A DNA stretch of 64,000 nucleotides from Bacteroidales bacterium (GTDB taxonomy: Bacteria > Bacteroidota > Bacteroidia > Bacteroidales > VadinHA17). Positions 27,706-39,096 of this stretch are shown here, one piece after another. Under the pieces are notes generated by a model, which worked only from the letters and a program-made list of their open reading frames with translations, had not been told where the DNA came from and did not search any database. Position 1 is the first letter of the stretch. Each line of letters opens with the position of its first letter. The stretch lies in NCBI GenBank assembly GCA_041686075.1, contig JAWLEO010000017.1:12256-76255 (forward strand). The letters are read 5' to 3'. The position numbers and the translations under genes were made by a program.

Positions 27706-28740
27706 TTATAATATTGCTCCGCACGACTTCTCGATAATTAACTCGGGTCGGATAGTGACAGACCGTTTATATTTACTTCTCCCGTTGTTTTTAACCTCGG
27801 ACCACAACATTTGAGATGTCTTAAGTGCCAGGGATGAATATTTCCGGTTTATTCTTGTTACGGGTGGATCGAGCAAGTTAAAGCCCACTCCATTATCCAT
27901 AGCCATTACTGCAAGGTCAGATGGCACCCTGATATTCTTCTTCCTGAAAAAGGTAAGCAAGGGATACACAAGTTCAGAATGTTTAACCACAAATAATTGG
28001 GAAGCCTCAGGTGGCCGCAAAGCCCTTACTATCTCTCCTGAATCAGTAACATCCATTATTAGATTACCGGCAACAGAATGTCTTGAAATATTAATGCCAG
28101 GAATTATACTTTCTATGGTCTTAATTAAGAGGCTGGTTTCAACCATACAGTTCATGCAATTTTTCTGTTCAATCACGCTTATATTTGTATAAGCCAGTTT
28201 GTGTATATGGAGAGCTACAAGCCTGCATGCTTCTGCATAATCACTATTTACTTCATTTATTCTGTGCCTGGTTATTTTTTTTTCAAGTACAACAAAGGGG
28301 TAATGTGTTTTTTTAAGAGAGCGAACCGTGTTGTCATCTGCGGCATCTCCATAAAGGATTAAACCGCTGAACATTTTTTTCAGGTCTTTAATAATAGCTT
28401 CGAACCTCTCTTCATTTTGATTCTTAGAGATAATACTGAATGTCAGTCCTATGCTTGAGAAGGCTTTACTGAGAAGAGGTCCTATTTCGAAGATGAAGTG
28501 GTTATGAAGATCAGGGACTATCATACCCACAATGCTTCCTGCGGATTTGCGAGGTATTTTGCTTTCGATTGATGCATCTTCAAAATAACCCATCTGCCGT
28601 GCAATAAAAAGCACTTTTTCCTGGGTGTCAGGTTTTATCCCATGCAAAGAAGCCTTGTCATTAAGCACAAGGGAAACCAGTGTATTTGAAAAGCCACACT
28701 TCTCGGCTATGTCTTTTATTTTAACCTTTTTTCCCATCAT
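27706..28740 (-). CDS. LacI-family transcriptional regulator
   Basis: N-terminal HTH VKIKDIAEKCGFSNTLVSLVLND followed by a periplasmic-binding-fold effector domain. Confidence 0.8.
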   Translation of the reverse strand: MMGKKVKIKDIAEKCGFSNTLVSLVLNDKASLHGIKPDTQEKVLFIARQMGYFEDASIESKIPRKSAGSIVGMIVPDLHNHFIFEIGPLLSKAFSSIGLTFSIISKNQNEERFEAIIKDLKKMFSGLILYGDAADDNTVRSLKKTHYPFVVLEKKITRHRINEVNSDYAEACRLVALHIHKLAYTNISVIEQKNCMNCMVETSLLIKTIESIIPGINISRHSVAGNLIMDVTDSGEIVRALRPPEASQLFVVKHSELVYPLLTFFRKKNIRVPSDLAVMAMDNGVGFNLLDPPVTRINRKYSSLALKTSQMLWSEVKNNGRSKYKRSVTIRPELIIEKSCGAIL

Positions 28741-28825
28741 ATGATGTTTTTACAGGTCAGTTTCAGTTTATATTCGGTGCATTTTGATTCTTATGTTTTC
28801 TCACCCTTCGTCAATTTCTTTAAGC

Positions 28826-30835
28826 CTATTTCTTTTTAGATGGCGAATAACCTCTTTGTTTTGCTGCCTCCTCAAGCCGCTGCTGAAATTTTGATTTCTT
28901 AGGTGGTTTTTTCTTATTCTCATTAAGTTTTTTCAGAACAGCTTCTTCATCTATAAACTTTTTAGAAATCATATTCTGTCCAAATGTTATCAGGTTTGCC
29001 AGGAAATAATAATATGTAAGGCCGGCTGAAAAGTTATTCAGTATAAGCATGAACATGATAGGCATTATGTAAGTCATCATTTTCATTCCGGGCATCTGCT
29101 CCTGACCTGTTGATGAGGGGCTGTTTATCTTCATGGTGATAATTGTGGATGCGGTCATCAGAAGAGTAAACAGGCTTATGTGATCACCATAAAGCGGTAT
29201 ATTGAATGGAAGATCCAGTATGGAATCATATGTTGACAGGTCCTCGGCCCACAAAAAGCTTTGCTGCCTCAATTCAATGGAAGTGGGGAAGAATCTGAAC
29301 ATTGCGAACAATATAGGCATCTGCAGGAGCATGGGCAGGCATCCTCCCATCGGGCTCACACCGGCCTTTTTATATAGATCCATTGTTGCCTGCTGCTTTT
29401 TCATGGCATCTTCCTTCTTAGGGTACTTTTTGCCTATCTCATCAACCAGTGGTTTAAGTACTTTCATCTTAGCCTGTGACTGGTATGACTTAAAAGTTAG
29501 TGGGAACAATACTATTTTTATTATAAGCGTAAGAATCAGTATTATTATACCGTAATTACCTATCGAATTATCCAGCCAGTTGAATATTGGCACTATCACA
29601 TATTTATTGAAAAATTTGATAATGTTTCGTCCCAGCATTACCAGCTCTTCGAGGCCAGCTTCATACTTTTTCAGGGTGTTATAATGGTTTGGCCCGAAAT
29701 AAAGATCCATATCATAATCAACTTTATCAGCCGGGTCAAATGGGAGGCTAAGCTCTGCGGTGCAATACCTCAGGTATTTACTGTCCTCGGGCATGGTTTT
29801 ATACGATACATATCCATTGCTGAAATTCTCTCCGGCAAGTAAGACTGATGAGAAAAACTGATCCTTGAAGGCCACCCACTTTAATGGAGTTGATATGTCT
29901 GCTTCCTCAAAATCTTTTGTCGACCGGGTCCTGAAGCCATCTACATTATCCTGGTAATGCTTGTATTTAATATTTGCCCAGTTATTTTCATTCTGTCTTC
30001 CTTTTTCCTGCTGCGGCATGTAGGATCTCCAGTCAAAGGAAATAGAATTCATATTGGAAGGTATAATACCGGATAATCCCACGAAATTAACATCAAAATC
30101 AAGCATATAATGTTCTGGCTCAAGGGTATAGATATATTCTATATATTCGTCTTCGGAAACTTCCAACCTAAATGTAGCCCTACCTTCTGAACTGGTGGCA
30201 TCGGTGAGCTTAGAGGTATTTACAGGCTTAAAATACAGGTTGTTTGTTTCTATTCGTTTATTGTCACTCGTAAAGAATTTAAAGCCGAAGATTGTGGAAT
30301 CGCCGTCAAAAAGTACCAATGGACGTTGATCGTAAGTAGTATATTCTTTTAAGAGGGCTGAATAGATACGTCCTCCTTTAGTTGATATTGTTAATTGCAC
30401 TTTGTCATTCTCAAGTACATAAAATTCCTGATCACCACTGTATGCCTCTGCAAAAGGACCTGTAGGCTGAACGGCTGGTTCAGCTTCCTGGATTTCAGTC
30501 GGTACCTCTTCAGCCTGCTCCATTACCTGTTCTTGCTGTCCGTATATTGTATCTTTTTGCTGTCCTGATATTGTATCTTTCCGACTTGCTGTGTCAGGCT
30601 GGATGATCCTGTTGATTTCGTTAACCCTATCAACAGCTTCCTCGGTGCCTGGCTTAAACTCCAGTGCTTTAAGATATTGAAGCTTAGCTGCCTCATACTC
30701 ACCTTCCTCGTACAGTGAATCGGCTACACTGACAGCCGATTCGTATGATTTTTTCAGTTTGCTGCTGTTATATAAACTGAAGCCTATAAAAACCAGGAAA
30801 ATCAGTGCAAGTCCTAATATTGTATTTTTGTCCAT
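28826..30835 (-). CDS. yidC: Membrane protein insertase YidC (long Bacteroidota form)
   Basis: C-terminal core GVSPMGGCLPMLLQMPILFAMFRFF, a large periplasmic P1 domain and a basic C-terminal tail. Confidence 0.9.
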   Translation of the reverse strand: MDKNTILGLALIFLVFIGFSLYNSSKLKKSYESAVSVADSLYEEGEYEAAKLQYLKALEFKPGTEEAVDRVNEINRIIQPDTASRKDTISGQQKDTIYGQQEQVMEQAEEVPTEIQEAEPAVQPTGPFAEAYSGDQEFYVLENDKVQLTISTKGGRIYSALLKEYTTYDQRPLVLFDGDSTIFGFKFFTSDNKRIETNNLYFKPVNTSKLTDATSSEGRATFRLEVSEDEYIEYIYTLEPEHYMLDFDVNFVGLSGIIPSNMNSISFDWRSYMPQQEKGRQNENNWANIKYKHYQDNVDGFRTRSTKDFEEADISTPLKWVAFKDQFFSSVLLAGENFSNGYVSYKTMPEDSKYLRYCTAELSLPFDPADKVDYDMDLYFGPNHYNTLKKYEAGLEELVMLGRNIIKFFNKYVIVPIFNWLDNSIGNYGIIILILTLIIKIVLFPLTFKSYQSQAKMKVLKPLVDEIGKKYPKKEDAMKKQQATMDLYKKAGVSPMGGCLPMLLQMPILFAMFRFFPTSIELRQQSFLWAEDLSTYDSILDLPFNIPLYGDHISLFTLLMTASTIITMKINSPSSTGQEQMPGMKMMTYIMPIMFMLILNNFSAGLTYYYFLANLITFGQNMISKKFIDEEAVLKKLNENKKKPPKKSKFQQRLEEAAKQRGYSPSKKK

Positions 30836-30860
30836 TTAATTCTCGTGTAAATAATTCATA

Positions 30861-34663
<3,803 letters not shown>

Positions 34664-34881
34664 AATTAATCCTTTTATTTGAGCACATTAGCAGATTTAT
34701 TAATTACTTAAATCTGAGACCAATCAAGATTGCTAAAATATTGAATTATTTAGAAAAACTCAAAGATTAAAAGTTTTTATACTTAGCAACTGATAATCAA
34801 TAGATTACCTGGTAAAATAAATTTTAGTTACAATCTTTAAAATACTAAAAATCTAAATTTTTGTAATAAAACAATATTTTC

Positions 34882-36198
34882 TTATGGATTCCCCTGTCTT
34901 TTATTTTTTTCAACAAGGTATTTAAAGGGGTATATGAATCTTTCAATCAACCTCATATCTTCGGTTATTATTTCAGCCCTGCCTGACATATTCTGGGTGA
35001 AATCAAGTTTTTTACCATAAAATGTTGATAAGCCCTCAGGTAGATTAACATCCAGCACATATGAATTATCCTGTGGCACCAGTGATCGTGTTTCCACTTT
35101 TCCCTGCACCATTCCATATTCCAGGTAAGGATATCCTTCAAGCTGGATATTTACATCCTGTCCTTCTTTCACCTTACCCGAGCCTGCCATAGGGATCATG
35201 ATGCGGGCAATTATTTCATTTTCACCTTCCGGCACAACGGTCATCACTGTTTCTCCCTCTTTTACAGTTTGATTTTCTGACCAGTACCTTGTAAAAGTCA
35301 CATTACCGTCAATAGGTGCAAGCAAAAGGTAATTTTGTATCCACCACTCCATTCTTGCCTTGAGTTTCATAAGCTCATCATCAAGATTTGAGAGTAATTT
35401 TTGTCTTTCTTCTTCGCGTGCGGCAGTCAGATCCTGTAATTCTTGTTTTTTAGATGCCAGATCAATGCGCCTTGAAGCAGCTTCCAGGACAACCTGTACA
35501 AGTTCAATTTTAAGGGAATAAAATTTCTGTTTCGAATTTTCGAGTTGAGCATCAGGTAATATGTCCTGAGTATGGAGAAGTGAGTCCCTTAGATATTTTC
35601 TCCTTTCCACTTCAAGGTTAGACCCTGTAAGGGCTTCTTTACTTTTTAACTGCCTTATATAATCTTCAATGCTTTTTATCTCCTCCTTTACAGCCCCGAT
35701 TTTTTTTCCGTAGTAATCAATCTCAATATGATTCTTATAGTTATAATAGCTTTTACGAAAAGCCGAATATTGATCCTGTATCTCTCCAAGAACAGAATTA
35801 TCGGGCAGTTGACGGTTAATAGCCTTATATCTTGATGATATATCCTCTGTTTTTATGGAGTCGAGCATTGAACTCAACCACTGTATGCTTTCATATGAAG
35901 CGGTGGTCTCCATTACTCCCAGGATGGATCCTGCAGTCACCTGTTCACCATCGCTCACAAAAAGGTGTTCAATTTTACCGGAAATCCTTGCCACAATATT
36001 TGCAGGTGGTTTTTCTGTTGTTATTACAGCTTCGGCCCTGATTATATATGGATATTTTATAAGCCATGAAAATATCAAAAGTAATATGATTACTGTGGCA
36101 ACTATAGCTGTACCCCATCTAATAAGAGACCCGGGCGGTTTATTCATTATATCTTCCACGGGTCTTGAGTACCTTATTTCATGTAATTGTCTTTTCAT
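34882..36198 (-). CDS. HlyD-family membrane-fusion (periplasmic adaptor) protein of a peptide exporter
   Basis: Single N-terminal TM (WGTAIVATVIILLLIFSW), a long coiled-coil centre and a beta-barrel C-terminus. I chose the ATG at 36198 (the track start at 36207 is TTG). It lies 5 nt downstream of the ABC gene stop. Confidence 0.7.
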   Translation of the reverse strand: MKRQLHEIRYSRPVEDIMNKPPGSLIRWGTAIVATVIILLLIFSWLIKYPYIIRAEAVITTEKPPANIVARISGKIEHLFVSDGEQVTAGSILGVMETTASYESIQWLSSMLDSIKTEDISSRYKAINRQLPDNSVLGEIQDQYSAFRKSYYNYKNHIEIDYYGKKIGAVKEEIKSIEDYIRQLKSKEALTGSNLEVERRKYLRDSLLHTQDILPDAQLENSKQKFYSLKIELVQVVLEAASRRIDLASKKQELQDLTAAREEERQKLLSNLDDELMKLKARMEWWIQNYLLLAPIDGNVTFTRYWSENQTVKEGETVMTVVPEGENEIIARIMIPMAGSGKVKEGQDVNIQLEGYPYLEYGMVQGKVETRSLVPQDNSYVLDVNLPEGLSTFYGKKLDFTQNMSGRAEIITEDMRLIERFIYPFKYLVEKNKRQGNP

Positions 36199-36203
36199 AT
36201 ACT

Positions 36204-38390
36204 TCAACTACCAAGTTCCAGCTGTTCACGTACCAGATTATAATATACACCTTTTTTATCTATCAGCTCATTATGAGTCCCGCTTTCTATCATACGGCCT
36301 TTATCAATAACCATGATATTATCGGCATTACGCACCGTACTAAGCCTGTGTGCAATTACCAGCACTGTCTTGCCCGAGAAAAACTCATCGAGGTTTTCAA
36401 CTATCTGCTTTTCATTAACGGCATCCAGTGAATTTGTAGCTTCGTCAAAAAACAGGTATTCAGGATTCTTGTACACTGCCCTCGCTATTAATATCCGTTG
36501 TTTTTGTCCCTGACTCAATCCATGACCATTATGCCCTATTCTTGTATTTATCCCCAGGGGCAGCGTCTCCACAAATTCACTTATATTAGCTATTGAGATG
36601 GCTTTGTTTAATTTCTCCCTGTCGATTATATCCACACCGGGACTAATATTATTGGCTATACTATCAGGAAAAATATAACCATCCTGCATTACCACCCCCA
36701 CCCTGCTCCTCCATAATTTGAGGCTTAAGTTTTTGAGGCGGGTGTCACCAACCATTATATCACCTTCAACAGGCTTATAGAATCCGAGTATTAGTTTTAA
36801 TAAGGTAGTTTTGCCGCTACCGCTGGTGCCGACCAATGCAGTAACCTTACGTTCAGGTATCACTATATCAATATCCTTCAGTACATAGGGTGAACGTGGT
36901 CCTTCATATTGGAATGAAAGGCTATTCACATATATACTTTTGTTTGCCGGCAGGCTTTTCACTTTCATTTCCTCTTCTGATTCTTCAGGTTGACTGGAGT
37001 GTACCTCCGAGATCCTGTCCAGGCTCATCCTGGCGTCCTGGGCTGTCCGGAAAAAGACGACCATCTGGTTTACAGGGATATTTAACTGGCCTATAATAAA
37101 TTGCACGGCAAGCATCATGCCGAGAGTCATACTCCCTGATAATACGGCAGTGGCAGCAATAATTGTAATAATAATATTTGAGGCCTCATTAATAAATTTC
37201 CCCCCGGCAAGCTGGTATTGGGAAAGACTCATCGCCTTAACCCTTGTCTTGAAGAGTGAAGCCTGGATATTCTCCCAGTCCCATCTCTTACTTGTTTCGC
37301 TCTGTGTAAGCTTTATTTCCTGTATACCGGTGATTATATCAATCAGCCTGGCATTGTTATCAGACAATTGCTTAAACCTTCTATGATCAAGCTGGGCACG
37401 CGACCGCATGAAAAAGGACACCCAGGCAATGTAAGCAGTTGTACCCGCAATGAAGACAAGCAATATGGTGATATTGTAAATTGCCAGCACGATGCCAAAA
37501 ACCACCAGATTAACAAAGGAAAACAGTACACTTAATGACGTATTACTGAGAAATGATTCGATGCGTTGATTATCTTCTATCCTCTGCAAGAGGTCGCCAC
37601 TTAATTTAGTATCGAAATACGACAACGGCAATGTCATCAATTTATATAGGAAACCTGATATTATAGCCACATTAACCCTTGTGCTTATATGCAATAAAAG
37701 CCAACCGCGTACAAACTCAACTGTCATCCTGCCTATAACCAGGGCAAGTTGTGCGAACAGTATAAGGTAAATAAATCCAAGGTCATTGTTATTTATTCCT
37801 ATATCTATAATCGATTGTGTAAGAAAGGGGAAAATCAATTGTATGAGACTCCCTATAAACAGGCCCAGAAAGATCTGGAAAAAATACTTTCTGTACATAT
37901 TTACATACCGGAAAAGAAAACCAAATCCCGATTTTCTTTTTTTTGTTTCTTCCTGATCATAAAATTCAGGGCTTGGTTGAAGTATCAATACCAGCCCCAC
38001 CTTCTCCTCGTCGATCTTTGTCGTAGCCCAGTTTTTCTCAAATTCATCCCTTGAATATTTTATCAGGCCTTTTGCGGGATCGGCAACATAAACTGTGTTT
38101 TTCTTTATCTTATACACTACGACAAAATGCTTTTGCCTCCAGTGCACAATACAGGGTAAGGGAGTTTCTTCAACCAATTTATTGAAGGGTATGCGCACAC
38201 CTATAGTCCTGAATCCTATCGCCTCCGCCGCCTCGGATATACCCAGGAAAGACACTCCTTCCCGGCTTATGTAGCTCTTTTCCCTCAAATCAGTGAGGCT
38301 GAACTTTTTACCATAAAAGCGTGCAACCATCTGTAGACAGGATGGACCACAATCCATTGCATCTGCTTGCCTTTCGAAAGGGAACGACAT
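36204..38390 (-). CDS. Peptidase-C39-domain ABC transporter (double-glycine leader cleaving peptide exporter)
   Basis: N-terminal RQADAMDCGPSCLQMV (catalytic Cys context) and KHFVVVYKI...VYVADPA (His/Asp context). Six-TM domain. Walker A GTSGSGKTT, signature LSQGQKQR, Walker B LFFDEATN. I chose the ATG at 38390 (track start is TTG at 38396). Confidence 0.85.
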   Translation of the reverse strand: MSFPFERQADAMDCGPSCLQMVARFYGKKFSLTDLREKSYISREGVSFLGISEAAEAIGFRTIGVRIPFNKLVEETPLPCIVHWRQKHFVVVYKIKKNTVYVADPAKGLIKYSRDEFEKNWATTKIDEEKVGLVLILQPSPEFYDQEETKKRKSGFGFLFRYVNMYRKYFFQIFLGLFIGSLIQLIFPFLTQSIIDIGINNNDLGFIYLILFAQLALVIGRMTVEFVRGWLLLHISTRVNVAIISGFLYKLMTLPLSYFDTKLSGDLLQRIEDNQRIESFLSNTSLSVLFSFVNLVVFGIVLAIYNITILLVFIAGTTAYIAWVSFFMRSRAQLDHRRFKQLSDNNARLIDIITGIQEIKLTQSETSKRWDWENIQASLFKTRVKAMSLSQYQLAGGKFINEASNIIITIIAATAVLSGSMTLGMMLAVQFIIGQLNIPVNQMVVFFRTAQDARMSLDRISEVHSSQPEESEEEMKVKSLPANKSIYVNSLSFQYEGPRSPYVLKDIDIVIPERKVTALVGTSGSGKTTLLKLILGFYKPVEGDIMVGDTRLKNLSLKLWRSRVGVVMQDGYIFPDSIANNISPGVDIIDREKLNKAISIANISEFVETLPLGINTRIGHNGHGLSQGQKQRILIARAVYKNPEYLFFDEATNSLDAVNEKQIVENLDEFFSGKTVLVIAHRLSTVRNADNIMVIDKGRMIESGTHNELIDKKGVYYNLVREQLELGS

Positions 38391-38529
38391 AGCCAATAAT
38401 AGTTAAGCCTGTAAATATATCTATTATTTGATTCTATTCAAACATAGTGCTCTTACAGCTTATTATTGATATTAAATCATTGAGTTAATCCTTTGGAAAT
38501 AGTATATTTGCCTCAAATATTACTATTAA

Positions 38530-39096
38530 GTGTTAAAAAAACACTCTGATAAGAAATTAATAGAGGGAATACGAAAAGGGGACGACAAATCTGTTAATTA
38601 CCTCTATGAATCATTTTTCGATACCATAAAATCTCATGTACTGAAAAATACAGGAACGGAAGATGATGCATATGATATATTCCAGGATGCCCTGATGGTA
38701 CTTTTCAAAAAGGTACAGCTCAATCACCTTGATGAAAATACTGATATCAGAGCTTATGTCTTTGGTGTTTCCAGAAACTTATGGTATGAGCATCTCCGAA
38801 GGAAGAGGAAAAGTGTAGAAATGAATGAGGAATTGGTTGACGACTGTGATCCCTCGAAATTGCTTGATACACCCCTGGAACAAATTGTGCAGCGTTCTTT
38901 TCTTAAACTCAAGACTGAATGCCAAAAAGTCCTCAATATGGCAATTAAGGGATATGAATACAGTGAGATAGCACGTAAAATGAAATACAAATCAGAAGAA
39001 TATGCGCGTCGAAAAAAGTATCTGTGTAAGGAAGCACTTATTAAAATAGTAAAAGCCGACCCTGAATACAGTGACTATACAGACCTGGATTTGTAA
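38530..39096 (+). CDS. ECF-like sigma-70 family RNA polymerase sigma factor
   Basis: Region 2 (DAYDIFQDALMVLFKK...YVFGVSRNLWYEHLRRKRK) and region 4 HTH (YEYSEIARKMKYKSEEYARRKKYLCKEAL). GTG start. A TATATTTG -7 box lies at 38503-38510. Confidence 0.75.
   Translation: MLKKHSDKKLIEGIRKGDDKSVNYLYESFFDTIKSHVLKNTGTEDDAYDIFQDALMVLFKKVQLNHLDENTDIRAYVFGVSRNLWYEHLRRKRKSVEMNEELVDDCDPSKLLDTPLEQIVQRSFLKLKTECQKVLNMAIKGYEYSEIARKMKYKSEEYARRKKYLCKEALIKIVKADPEYSDYTDLDL

Noticed and set aside
30530-30595. Imperfect tandem repeat inside yidC (encodes KDTISGQQ / KDTIYGQQ)
   Set aside because: It is a short in-frame duplication in the poorly conserved N-terminal periplasmic linker of YidC. This is most likely slippage with no functional implication.
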